64,000 nt of DNA from Longimicrobiales bacterium (GTDB taxonomy: Bacteria; Gemmatimonadota; Gemmatimonadetes; Longimicrobiales; Gaopeijiaceae). Positions 8,410 through 17,962 of this stretch are shown here, in pieces (the stretch's first letter is position 1; each line of letters begins with the position of its first letter). Below the pieces are notes generated by a model. The model was not told the origin of the DNA, did not search any database, and was given only the letters and a program-made list of their open reading frames with translations. The stretch is from positions 896,001 through 960,000 of the forward strand of contig CAXXKM010000001.1 in the NCBI GenBank assembly GCA_963664435.2, in the 5' to 3' direction. The position numbers and the translations under genes are program-made.

Positions 8410-11400
8410 CTACCGCAACTTGATTCTTCCGCGGACGCGCACCGAATGTTGCGCCCCACTGAGCCCGCTCTCGCGCCGCGTGCCCTCGAGGCGCAGTCCG
8501 ACGCCCGAGCCCAGATCGTAGCGCACGCCGCTCGAGAAGGCGCGCACGCCGCTCTGGCCGAGGTGGAAGCCGCTGTAGGGCGTCCCCTTCAGGCCGACGA
8601 TGCCGTAGGCCACCTCGCCGTCCACGTTGGGACCCATGCCCGGGCCATGGCCGCCCATCGCGTCGGACACCCCGCGCTCCCACAGCTGGTTCACCCCGCT
8701 CATGTGGTCGCCGTACGAAGGCGCCACCCGGATCGAGAGTCCCTGGTCCCGAGCCGCCGGATCGAACATCAGCGTGCCGCCCAGGCCCCATTCCTCGTAG
8801 CCGTCGTGCCCCGAGATGACGAACCGTCCGCGGCCCTCCGCGGTCAGCCCCAGACTGGAGTTCGTGTAGCGGAGCCCACCGCCGACTTCCGCGCTCGCGC
8901 CGTTCACACCGTCGCCGTTGTCGTAGCGCATCCCGCCTTCGAGCAGGAACGCCATCTCGTGCCCGGTGTCGGAGCGGAAGCCCTGTGCCAACTCGAGAGC
9001 CAGCTTGCCGCGCTGCATATCGAGCGTCACCGCCTCGATCCGCTCGGAGCCGTCGACCTTGACTCGGCCGTACCAGCCCTCGGCCTTGACGCGGATGCCG
9101 CTCAGGCCGCTCGAGAACAACTGGTAGCCGGCACCCCCCGCTCCCGTCAGCATGCTGGCGGGGCTGGTGCGGAGCCCTTCCCGTACGTCGTCCACTTCGA
9201 TGTCGCCCCGGCCGAGCCCGGCCGAACCCCAAACCGAGGTGCCGCGCGCGCCGGAGAACCAGGCCAGGTAGGGATGCAGGCTGGTCATGGTGGCGCCGTA
9301 CGTGCCCTTCACCGCGCTGGCGCCGGTCCTGTCGGTGAAGTCGAAGCTGCCTGAGGAGTACGAGCCCGCGACGCCCGCCAGAATGTCCGGCCCCACGCGC
9401 ACGTCCACGCCGACGTGGCCGCTCACCATGTTGCCCTTCCAGTCGACGCCGCTCGCGCCGGGTTCGCCGAGGTGGTGGTACTCGCCCGCGCCCCAGCTCG
9501 CCAACCGGGTGCCCGTGGCGGACTGCTGCGGCGCATCCGTGGCGCCGAAGGGCATCGTAAAGGAGGTGCCGCCGAAGAGCGCGGCCAGACCGGCCTGGTC
9601 GCGCTGGCCGAGGCCGAGTCCGCCCGCGCCCGGCGCGGACAGGCTCGCGGCCATCGACGAGAGCCCGTGCGTCTCCACGCGCCGCTCCATGCCCATCCCG
9701 CTGGCCACAACGTCGACGCGGCTTGCGATCGCCGAAACCGTGCTCGACGTCATCGCTGCCGCCACGTGCGGCAGGACGCGGGTGTTCAGCCGTCCCGTGC
9801 GCTGCACGGGATCGTCGGTCGCGGCCGAAGCGCTCGCCGACGCCGCGCCGGTGCCGGCCCGGTTGATGGCCGACACCCGGTAGTGGCGCACGCTCCCCGG
9901 CAGCAGGCCGGTGTGCGAGAAAATGCTGCCCCTGGAATCGGTGTTGGTCACCAGATCCGTCCACGCGGCGGCGTTCTCCGAGACCTCGATGCGATAGCCC
10001 GTGATGGGGGCGCCGCCATTGTAGGCGGGCGCGACCCAGGCGAGGTCGATCTGCGTGGGCGTGACCGCGGTGGCGACCAGCCCCGTGGGCGCGTCGGGCA
10101 CGGTCGCGTCGGTGGTGGAGCCCGCAACCCGCGACGCATCGCCCGCGCCGATCCGGTTGATCGCCGAAACGCGGTAGTGGCGCGTCGAGGCCGGCGCGAG
10201 CCCGCTGTGCGTATGGACGGTGGCCGTGGTGCGCGTGTTGGCCACCAGATCCTCCCAACTCCTGCCCCCGTCTGCCGACACCTCGATGCGGTAGCCAGTG
10301 ATGCGCGCGCCCCCGTCGTCGGAGGGCGCCTGCCAGGAAAGGTTGATCTGGGAGGTCCCGGCCGCCTCGGCGCTGAGACGCCGCGGCACCCCCGGCAGGG
10401 TCGCGTCGGTGGTCGCACGCGCCGTATTCGAGTAAGGCCCCGGGCCCGCGAGGTTTCTCGCCGCGACCCGGTAGTGCCGCGTGGTCGCGGGCCGCAGGGT
10501 CACGTCGGAGAACGTCGTCGTCGTCGAGTTCGTGTTGCGGCGGATGATGTTCCAGGTCGCGCCCTCGTCGTCGGAAGCCTCGATACGGTAGCCGATGATC
10601 GAAACACCGCCCGTATAGCGGGGCGCGTTCCACGAGAGGTCGATGCGCGAGGTGCCCACCGCCCGCGCCGTCAGCCCGGTCGGGGCTCCGGCAGTATCGA
10701 CGTGCGTAACAGCCCACACCGGGGGCTCCGAGGTGCGCGGCGACCACTCTCCCTCGCCTTCGCGGTTGATGGCCCTGACCTGGTACTGGTACCGGGTCAC
10801 CGGCTGGAGTCCGGTGTGCCTGAACGTGGTCGTCGTCGTCCCGGTGTTTTGCTCGGCGATGGTCCAGTCGTCGTCGGGCGGCCCGAGCACCCGGATGCCG
10901 TAGCCGGTGATGCGCGCCCCTCCGTCGGCTTCCGGCGCATCCCAGGCGAGGAGGATGCCGCTCGGCCCGGTCGCGCGCGCACGCACGTTCTGCGGCCGCC
11001 CGGGAGGCGCTGCATCGGTGGTGCCTTCGGCCACGTTGGAGGGGGGTCCTGCCCTCGCCGGGCCGTTGATCGCGGACACGCGATAGAACCAGGTGGCGGC
11101 GGGACCAAGATTGCTGTCGGTGTGGATGGTGGCCGTGCTGCCGGTGCTGGCCACGTGGATAACCCAGCCGCCGACTCCGTTGGCGGACCTCTCGATGCGG
11201 TAGCCGGTAATCGGGCTGCCGCCGTCGTCTGCCGGGACCGACCAGGTAAGGAGAAGCTGGTCGGTTCTCGTCGCGCCCGGAACCACCCTGAGTCCTGTGG
11301 GCGCGCTCGGAGCGGAGGTTTCGGTGGTCTCCCGGGCGGTACTCGACCACGCGCCCAGGCCCGCCGCGCTCCTCGCCGCGACGCGGTAGTTGCGGGTGGT

Positions 11401-12717
11401 GTTGGGCCTGAGGCCACCGTGAAAGTAGGTCGTGGTCACGGCGTTGGTGTCGGCCAGGTGCCGCCAGTCGCCGGTTTCGGTGCGCGATTCGATGCGGTAG
11501 CCGGTGATCCGCCCCGAGCCGCTGGAGGAGGGGGCGCGCCAACTCAACCCGATGGCCGAGTCCCCGCGGGCCTGCGCCGTAAACGACCGGGGCGCGTCCG
11601 GCAGGACAGCCTCCGTGGTGGCGAAGGCGACGTTCGAGGGATCTCCCGTCCCGTTGAAATTGATCGCCGACACCCTGTAGTGGCGCGTGACGCCCCCGGT
11701 GAGGCGCGTGTGGCGGTAGACGGTGTCGGGATGCCGGCGCTCCAGAGGGTCCCAGGAATCACCGCCGTCCGCCGACACCTCGATCAGGTATCCGGTAATC
11801 TCGCGCCCGCGATTCGAACTCGGCTCATCCCACTCAAGCTCGATCGCGTCAGGGCCGTCGGCCACCGCAGCGAGGTTGCGCGGCTCTCCGGGAACGCCGG
11901 TGCGCGCCTCCCCGGTGACGTTTCTGACCTGCCTGTCGAAACCGAACGCGAGATTGCCGACCAGGTCCCGAAGCGCGTTGGTGCCGCGGTCGTCGTAGAA
12001 CACCCGAACCGCGTCGACCGTGTCGACGGGGCTGGCCAGAAGCAGGAACACATCGCGGGTGGCCACTTCAACCCCGGACACGGTCTTGACGTTGAACGCG
12101 TTGCCCCTGAGGAAGGATACCTGGAAGTCGCTGGCCGAGGGGACGAAACCTTCATCGAGGTCTTCGTCGAAGGCGATGACGACTTCGTCGCCGTTGACCT
12201 TCGCGTCGGAGACTTCGGGGCCCTTCGTGTCCACGGGAATGTCGAGGGAATTCGACGCAAGATTCCCATCCCCCGAGGCGCTGTCCTGCGCTACGTTCGC
12301 AGGGATGTGGACGAACACGCGACCACTATAGGCCTCCGGCATCCTCAGCGTGACGGAAAATCTTCTGCCGGAGTCGCTGCCCGGTGGAACGGCCTCCGCG
12401 CATCCCGTATTCGGATACGGGCAGGTGATGTTGAGGGCGTCGGCCGTGAAGCCTTTCACGGGCCGTGAGAAAAGGATGGTGATCTGCGCACTGTCCTGTC
12501 TGGGCGGGCTGATCCAGCTCCATGAAATCGAGGTCCTGGGGGGGACGGCCACGTCGCTCGCCGCCGCCGGCGGTTCCGCGGCCGATCGGACCACCTCGCG
12601 CGACCCGCCCGGCGTTGGCTCCTCAGCCCGCGCGCCCGCGGAAGGAAGCAGGAAGGCGCAGACCACTGCGGCGGCCCGGAGGGAACGGGCAGGAAGGCCA
12701 GGCTGGTTCGGAATCAT
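8410..12717 (-). CDS. Fibronectin type III repeat autotransporter/adhesin (Ig-like + SwmB-like repeat + 7 FN3 + barrel)
   Basis: Seven 'PxxPxxL...LxWxxP...GG.ITGYRIE...YRVSAIN..G' repeats and a C-terminal barrel 'GMRYDNGDG'. Start at ATG 12717 with a GGAG RBS and signal peptide. Confidence 0.88.
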   Translation of the reverse strand: MIPNQPGLPARSLRAAAVVCAFLLPSAGARAEEPTPGGSREVVRSAAEPPAAASDVAVPPRTSISWSWISPPRQDSAQITILFSRPVKGFTADALNITCPYPNTGCAEAVPPGSDSGRRFSVTLRMPEAYSGRVFVHIPANVAQDSASGDGNLASNSLDIPVDTKGPEVSDAKVNGDEVVIAFDEDLDEGFVPSASDFQVSFLRGNAFNVKTVSGVEVATRDVFLLLASPVDTVDAVRVFYDDRGTNALRDLVGNLAFGFDRQVRNVTGEARTGVPGEPRNLAAVADGPDAIELEWDEPSSNRGREITGYLIEVSADGGDSWDPLERRHPDTVYRHTRLTGGVTRHYRVSAINFNGTGDPSNVAFATTEAVLPDAPRSFTAQARGDSAIGLSWRAPSSSGSGRITGYRIESRTETGDWRHLADTNAVTTTYFHGGLRPNTTRNYRVAARSAAGLGAWSSTARETTETSAPSAPTGLRVVPGATRTDQLLLTWSVPADDGGSPITGYRIERSANGVGGWVIHVASTGSTATIHTDSNLGPAATWFYRVSAINGPARAGPPSNVAEGTTDAAPPGRPQNVRARATGPSGILLAWDAPEADGGARITGYGIRVLGPPDDDWTIAEQNTGTTTTTFRHTGLQPVTRYQYQVRAINREGEGEWSPRTSEPPVWAVTHVDTAGAPTGLTARAVGTSRIDLSWNAPRYTGGVSIIGYRIEASDDEGATWNIIRRNTNSTTTTFSDVTLRPATTRHYRVAARNLAGPGPYSNTARATTDATLPGVPRRLSAEAAGTSQINLSWQAPSDDGGARITGYRIEVSADGGRSWEDLVANTRTTATVHTHSGLAPASTRHYRVSAINRIGAGDASRVAGSTTDATVPDAPTGLVATAVTPTQIDLAWVAPAYNGGAPITGYRIEVSENAAAWTDLVTNTDSRGSIFSHTGLLPGSVRHYRVSAINRAGTGAASASASAATDDPVQRTGRLNTRVLPHVAAAMTSSTVSAIASRVDVVASGMGMERRVETHGLSSMAASLSAPGAGGLGLGQRDQAGLAALFGGTSFTMPFGATDAPQQSATGTRLASWGAGEYHHLGEPGASGVDWKGNMVSGHVGVDVRVGPDILAGVAGSYSSGSFDFTDRTGASAVKGTYGATMTSLHPYLAWFSGARGTSVWGSAGLGRGDIEVDDVREGLRTSPASMLTGAGGAGYQLFSSGLSGIRVKAEGWYGRVKVDGSERIEAVTLDMQRGKLALELAQGFRSDTGHEMAFLLEGGMRYDNGDGVNGASAEVGGGLRYTNSSLGLTAEGRGRFVISGHDGYEEWGLGGTLMFDPAARDQGLSIRVAPSYGDHMSGVNQLWERGVSDAMGGHGPGMGPNVDGEVAYGIVGLKGTPYSGFHLGQSGVRAFSSGVRYDLGSGVGLRLEGTRRESGLSGAQHSVRVRGRIKLR

Positions 12718-12746
12718 CGTGTCGTCTCCGCGTTGGTAAACGAGCG

Positions 12747-12780
12747 TCACCCCCCGCCCGGAATCCCGAACGGGGGGTGA
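12747..12780 (-). terminator. GC-rich hairpin with a 10-bp stem (terminator or mRNA-stabilising element)
   Basis: TCACCCCCCG (12747-12756) pairs with CGGGGGGTGA (12771-12780). There is no strong U-tract. Confidence 0.5.
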
Positions 12781-12791
12781 GCCGTCCTGCG

Positions 12792-12832
12792 ACCATCGGC
12801 CTGGCTGGTGGCGAGTCAGCCAGGCCGATGGT
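12792..12832 (-). terminator. Perfect 16-bp hairpin just downstream of the large lipoprotein gene
   Basis: ACCATCGGCCTGGCTG (12792-12807) pairs with CAGCCAGGCCGATGGT (12817-12832), 9-nt loop. Confidence 0.6.
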
Positions 12833-12844
12833 GTTGAAGGGTTG

Positions 12845-15800
12845 TTAGCTCGATGGCTTGGCATCGACGGATACCACGGTACCCTGGCGCTCCTCGGTCC
12901 AGGTGTCGGTGCTGCCGTCCTCGCCCTCGTCAACACCCTCCTGCCGCGCGTCGACGCGTACCTTGATGGCCTTGTTGAGGTCGGCTTCAGTGATCGGAAC
13001 CGGTACCCCACCGAGCGTGCTCCAGGTTGCGGTGAAGCCGTCAGCGACCGGGAGGGTCCACGCCCTGGTTTCGCTGCCGAGAGTGGCAGGTGTTCCACCA
13101 GCGGCGACGAGCCATAAGGTGTTGCCTGCGGACGCGGCGTCGACCTCTACCAGAATCCGGAACTGCGAGTTGCCATTCGTCACAGCGTTCCAGCTGACCT
13201 CGATGTCGTCGTCGTCCCGTACGGCGGCCACACCGCTGGCCGACGGATCGATTTCGTCAACCGTGACCGCAGCCGAGGTGTCGGCGTACGGGACAGCCGG
13301 GGTCGAAGGCGTGATCTCTTCAGCGTTGGCAATGACCCGAACCATGAACTCGCCATCGCTCGGATTCGGGATCGTGAAGCTGCCCGGCACGTCCTCGAGT
13401 GGAGTACCAGCCTGCACCTGGGTTGGCGAGGTGACATCCGTCCAGGTATCACCATCATCCACGGAGGTCTGGATCGTGTACGTGGCGTCGTTATACCCAT
13501 CGGGCGTGTGCTCGGCGTTGGCCGTGTACATGACCGAGATGGTGGTAGCCCAGGCCCTCGTGGACTCATCGACATCGTCGGTGGCGTCGTCGTCGTCAAC
13601 GCGCATCCGCGCCGCTCTGACGTTCCGGGCGCCAGCAGTCATCGCCCTGATCGTACCGAAGTCATAAGCCTGACCCGGAGCGACGCTCACCCTCTGGTTG
13701 TCGTTCGGGTAGCCGAAGACGTGGTTCGCCGCCGACGCTTCGATGTCATAGGTGCCGAACGGTACGCTGAGCACGAAGGTGCCTCTGGCAGTGCTGGTGC
13801 TGGAGACATCGTCCCCGGCTGCGCCCGGAACCACGTTCGTGGCCGTGACCGTAACGCCACCCATTGCGGTGTTGTCCGGACCGCGCACCCTGCCCGAAAT
13901 CGTCGCGTGCAGGAAGCCGGTGAAGTTGATACCCGAGACCGCCGATCCGGCGTGGGCCGGCACGGACAGCTCCGCAGGCGCGAAGCTCATGCCGTCCTTC
14001 GACACGGTCACCGCAGCACTCTCGCCCAGGTCTTTGGCGGTGATGGTCGCGGTGTAGGTGCCGTCGGCGCCCGTCACGAGCTTGCCTGCGTTCGCACCGG
14101 TCGTGGCTGCGTTGGTCGGGGCCGCGCCGTCCACCATGATCTCGGCACCGGCGATCGGCGCGCCGCTGCCGGATGCGGTGACCGTACCGCTGATCGAGGC
14201 GGTCGCGCCTACGCCCGAAAGATCGACGTCTGCGTTGATACGGTCGTTCGCAGCGAATGGCACGATCTCCCGCGTCTTCCCGCTTCCTTCATGGGCGGTC
14301 TCAACGAAGACGCTGTTCGTGTGCGTCACGTTGCCAATCTTGCGGCTCGCCACGTTGGGCACGTACTCCGCGATGTAGCGGCCGTGCGCGTCGGTCATCG
14401 CCTCAACCCCGTTCACGTTCACGGTCACGTCGGGAACGGGGAATTCCTCCGCGTCCCTCACGTAGCCGTAGACGGTGGTCGTCGCCGGCGTGATGTCGAG
14501 TTCAACATCCCCTGCGAGCGGGCTGAAGGCGCTGCCGACCATGGCGGTGGCGCCCTTCGGACCCATCCTCGCCCGCCAGCCGTCCGTCACGCTGGCTTCG
14601 TAGACGCCGGCAGCGATGTTGTTGAAGGCGAACTGGTGGGTCTCGTCGAGCACTTCATTGCCCTTGGAGGTCTCACCCGGCCCCCGGACCGGCTTCTCCG
14701 TGGTGGTGGCGGACTCCTCGTCACCCGCGAGATTCTTGCCCTCGACGGGGCTCAGGCTGACCGAAATGCCGGGTACGAACGTGGGTCCACCATCATCCTC
14801 CGGACCCATCTTGAAGCCGTCATCGTTGGCGCTCTCGCTGCTCCTGAGGACCTGGTTCTTCCAGATCAGGCCCGTCACCGAGTGCGTGCTCACGTAGGCG
14901 AACGACGAGCAATCGCCGTGGTCCTGCGGCTTGGTGGCCTGTAGCGGGCATAGCGAAACCGTGTGGCTGTAGCCGCCCTGCGCTCCGAAGTGGCCGCCAG
15001 TGATTCCGTTGGTTTCCGTGCCGGCGTAGGCGGCCAGCTCATCGGCATGCCCGCCCTCATCGAGGAGCATGATGCTCTGGTCGCTGTTGTCGGCCTTCGA
15101 CGCCTGGGCAATCACGTTCATGTCGGCCGGCACGTTGTTGAAGACCCATGCACCGCCGTCACCATTGTTGCGCGGCTCGCTGATGCTGTCCGCAGCCGTG
15201 AACGGGCGCGAGCGCCCGCTGTCGTCGATATAGCGGACCTCGACGTCGACCTTGCGATCGGCACCCTTTCCGTCCATCTCGTCGCCGCCGATGATGTTTC
15301 CGGTGTAGCCTTCGACCTGGTCGAGCTCGTGGTGGACGTAGACCTTGAGCGTCTGGGTCGTGAACGCCGCCTCGAGCATGCCGGCGTCCTGCGTGCCGGC
15401 CAGCATGAGGCCGGTGTGCGTGTACTCGACCGGCTGAGCCGAGTAGTTCTCGCCCCCGTCCAGCGCGTTGTCCTGGTCGTCGGCGAGCGCGACGGTGAAG
15501 GTCGCCGGCAGGTCGTCGGCTCCGACGGTAGTCATGAACGCCGCGTTGCCCATGTCGTCCAGCATCTCCGGCGCGCCGTCGACCGCTTCGTCGCCGGACA
15601 TGACGCTGATCGCCCAGCCGGCGAGCGCCTCGCCGCCACCGTACTCGGTGGTGACAGTGGCGCCGCTGACGGATGCGTCGACGTTCAGGTTGACGATGTC
15701 GTTGGAGTTTCCGGCCGCGGTCGCAAACATCTGCGGATCCCAGGACACTGCGGTCCTGGCGTCCTCACCGTAATCGTAGCCTTCGGCCGATACGCCCGCT

Positions 15801-17503
15801 GTCACCATGTTCCCGTCGGTGCGTGCGCGCGCGACCTTGATCGTGACGGAGCCGTCGTCGTCGGTGGTGCCGCTGCCGACCATGCCGTCGCCCGTCCCGT
15901 AGAGCGTGACTGTGGCGCCGGGAACCGCGTCGCCCATGTCGTCGCCGTTCCTCAGCGAGACCGTGAAGTTGACCGTTGTGTGCGTGATGTCGAACGGAAT
16001 GGCCTGCGAAGCCGGCTCGCCGACACCGAGGTCGACGGAGTAGCCTTCGCCCGGTCCGCCGTACGCGAGGTCGGCGGCCGCGAGCGCCGCGGCGACATCG
16101 GCGTTGATGAGCACGACCAGCTGGTAGGGGCCGGCGCGCAGACCCGTGAAGGAGAACGCACCGGTCTCGTCCGTGGCGCCAAGCCGCTGCTCGTTGACGC
16201 CCGGGCCCACCAGCGCCACCGGAATGCCGGCGTGCGCCACCGAATGCTCGCCCTCGTCGTACATGTCGTTCTTGGTCGCCTCGTCGATGAACACCATGCC
16301 CGAGACGCTCGCGGTGCGCGCGTGCGCGCCCTCGAAATTCACGATCGCCGACTCGTCGTCGCCCAGCGTCACGTCCGTGCTCATCGACTCGAACACGTAG
16401 GCGTCGCTCTCGACCGCGATCGAGACCGTGTAGTCGCCGGCCGCCAGGCCCGCGAAGGCGTACTGGCCGCCCGCGTCGGTCATCGTCGTGCGGCTCTCGT
16501 CGCCGCCCGCCAGCGTCACCGCGATGTCGCCGAGTCCCATGCCCTCGACGCTCACTCCGCCCGCGATGCCGGAGGTGCGGAGCAGGACGCCGGTGAACGA
16601 CACCGTGCCGGTCTCGTCGAGATCCACGCTCACGTCCTGCGACGTGGCCGCGAACTCGTAGTCGCGCGGGTCGAAGTCCGCGATCTCGACCCTGTAGTCG
16701 CCGGGGCGAAGTTCCTCGAACCGGAACATGCCATCGCCGTCGGTCATCATCGTGTAGCTCTCGTCGGCCGGACCGCCGCTCAGGGTGACCGTAATGCCGG
16801 CAAGCCCTTCGCCTTCGATGATCACCTGCCCCTCGACCGCGGAGGTGCGGATGAAGTGGCCCGTGAAGTCGGCCTGGCCGACATCGCCCACGTCGACCTG
16901 GATCTCGAGGCTCACCGTCTCGAAGGACACGTCCTCGGGGAAGTCGCTGATGGTGACCGTGTAGGTGCCCGCGCGGAGCCCGGTGAAGGCGAAGCCGCCG
17001 CTCATGTCGGTCTCCATGGTCTCGCCCATGGCGTGCTCGCCGCCGAGCGTGACCGTCACGCCAGCCAGCGTCTCGGGCTGGCCGTCGCCGCCGCTCATCA
17101 TGGCGTCGGCCGCAACCACGTTGCCGACCACCGCGGAGGAGCGGATGTACTCGCCGGCGAAGTTGAGTTGGACGTTCTGACCATCGGTCGCGATGGTCGC
17201 GGACTGCGTCACCTGGGCGAACGTCGCATCCTCGGGGAAGCCGCTGATGGTGACCGTGTAGGTCCCGGCTTCCACGCCCGAGAAGGCGAAGCTGCCACCC
17301 GACCCGGTCGTCGTGGTCGCACCCGACGACAGGGTGGCGGCGATGCCGCTGGCGGCCGTGCCTTCAATCGTCACCGTCCCGGAGATGGTTCCCACGGGAG
17401 TGGGCGGCGGGGGCGGCTCCACGGGCGGCGGAGTGCCCTCGTCGCAGGCGGTGAAGGTCAGGGCCATCAGCGTTGCTGCGGCGAAGAGTTTGAGTCGGTT
17501 CAT
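12845..17503 (-). CDS. Large acidic surface lipoprotein with carboxypeptidase-regulatory-like/Cna-B beta-sandwich repeats
   Basis: Lipobox 'LTFTAC' and Pro-rich linker. Multiple 'G.I.VTL.G....T.TD..G.F.F.GL.AG.Y.V' repeats. AGGAGG RBS; 1552 aa. Confidence 0.85.
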   Translation of the reverse strand: MNRLKLFAAATLMALTFTACDEGTPPPVEPPPPPTPVGTISGTVTIEGTAASGIAATLSSGATTTTGSGGSFAFSGVEAGTYTVTISGFPEDATFAQVTQSATIATDGQNVQLNFAGEYIRSSAVVGNVVAADAMMSGGDGQPETLAGVTVTLGGEHAMGETMETDMSGGFAFTGLRAGTYTVTISDFPEDVSFETVSLEIQVDVGDVGQADFTGHFIRTSAVEGQVIIEGEGLAGITVTLSGGPADESYTMMTDGDGMFRFEELRPGDYRVEIADFDPRDYEFAATSQDVSVDLDETGTVSFTGVLLRTSGIAGGVSVEGMGLGDIAVTLAGGDESRTTMTDAGGQYAFAGLAAGDYTVSIAVESDAYVFESMSTDVTLGDDESAIVNFEGAHARTASVSGMVFIDEATKNDMYDEGEHSVAHAGIPVALVGPGVNEQRLGATDETGAFSFTGLRAGPYQLVVLINADVAAALAAADLAYGGPGEGYSVDLGVGEPASQAIPFDITHTTVNFTVSLRNGDDMGDAVPGATVTLYGTGDGMVGSGTTDDDGSVTIKVARARTDGNMVTAGVSAEGYDYGEDARTAVSWDPQMFATAAGNSNDIVNLNVDASVSGATVTTEYGGGEALAGWAISVMSGDEAVDGAPEMLDDMGNAAFMTTVGADDLPATFTVALADDQDNALDGGENYSAQPVEYTHTGLMLAGTQDAGMLEAAFTTQTLKVYVHHELDQVEGYTGNIIGGDEMDGKGADRKVDVEVRYIDDSGRSRPFTAADSISEPRNNGDGGAWVFNNVPADMNVIAQASKADNSDQSIMLLDEGGHADELAAYAGTETNGITGGHFGAQGGYSHTVSLCPLQATKPQDHGDCSSFAYVSTHSVTGLIWKNQVLRSSESANDDGFKMGPEDDGGPTFVPGISVSLSPVEGKNLAGDEESATTTEKPVRGPGETSKGNEVLDETHQFAFNNIAAGVYEASVTDGWRARMGPKGATAMVGSAFSPLAGDVELDITPATTTVYGYVRDAEEFPVPDVTVNVNGVEAMTDAHGRYIAEYVPNVASRKIGNVTHTNSVFVETAHEGSGKTREIVPFAANDRINADVDLSGVGATASISGTVTASGSGAPIAGAEIMVDGAAPTNAATTGANAGKLVTGADGTYTATITAKDLGESAAVTVSKDGMSFAPAELSVPAHAGSAVSGINFTGFLHATISGRVRGPDNTAMGGVTVTATNVVPGAAGDDVSSTSTARGTFVLSVPFGTYDIEASAANHVFGYPNDNQRVSVAPGQAYDFGTIRAMTAGARNVRAARMRVDDDDATDDVDESTRAWATTISVMYTANAEHTPDGYNDATYTIQTSVDDGDTWTDVTSPTQVQAGTPLEDVPGSFTIPNPSDGEFMVRVIANAEEITPSTPAVPYADTSAAVTVDEIDPSASGVAAVRDDDDIEVSWNAVTNGNSQFRILVEVDAASAGNTLWLVAAGGTPATLGSETRAWTLPVADGFTATWSTLGGVPVPITEADLNKAIKVRVDARQEGVDEGEDGSTDTWTEERQGTVVSVDAKPSS

Positions 17504-17573
17504 GGAACCTCCTGAGTGGTGGAAAGGAAAACCGGCCTGGAGGGGCTGGAGAGAGTCGCGTGCCTTTGGATAG

Positions 17574-17589
17574 GCAAAGGCGGTGCCAA
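17574..17589 (-). promoter_or_regulatory. Sigma-54 (-24/-12) promoter for the surface lipoprotein gene
   Basis: The minus strand reads TTGGCACCGCCTTTGC, an exact TGGCAC-N5-TTGC match about 70 nt upstream of ATG 17503. Confidence 0.8.
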
Positions 17590-17852
17590 TTTCAGAACCT
17601 TCATAATTGGCAACCGGTTACGCACTATCGCCCCGCTCTGTGGCATCCGGCGGACCCCACGGATTCTCGGATTATCGGCGACGGCCACTGTTTTCTGAAT
17701 GCGACTAAAACGATAAGATTGTTGGCGATATCGCCCGTTTATCAGAAATGTGTCTCAAATATCACTCCGATCGCCCCTGTCTCGTCGTATACGACGTTAT
17801 CGATATCCGCAATGCCAGAAGCGACTGTAGGACGATCCGTCACGGCCCTAAA

Positions 17853-17879
17853 TTGACAAGATCGCTGATCGTACATACT
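17853..17879 (+). promoter_or_regulatory. Possible sigma-70 promoter for the AraC-like/dTnpB operon
   Basis: Perfect TTGACA at 17853-17858. The best -10 (CATACT) has a non-canonical 15-nt spacer. Confidence 0.35.
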
Positions 17880-17962
17880 GGTATATACGAAGACTCACCA
17901 TGGGGGCAAAGGAATGGGGCGCCACGGTTGGCAGCGCGCCTCTTCACGGCGGGATCGCAGGG

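Noticed and set aside
8324..12468. Long alternative-frame and antisense ORFs (e.g. 8324-11542 minus, 9415-12468 plus, and similar across the window)
   Set aside because: They are Arg/Gly/Pro/Ala-rich shadow ORFs typical of high-GC DNA, overlap well-supported genes and show no family motifs.
12529..12538. Short matches of the putative guide region: CGAGGTCCTG at 12529 (reverse complement) and GCAGGACCTCG at 36958
   Set aside because: Matches of 10-11 nt inside CDSs are expected by chance in 64 kb of high-GC DNA, and they do not cover the predicted seed.
17607..17623. Second, plus-strand sigma-54 promoter (TTGGCAACCGGTTACGC)
   Set aside because: GG-to-GC spacing is 11 rather than the required 10, and the -12 element is poor. 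It is better explained as the arm of the inverted repeat.
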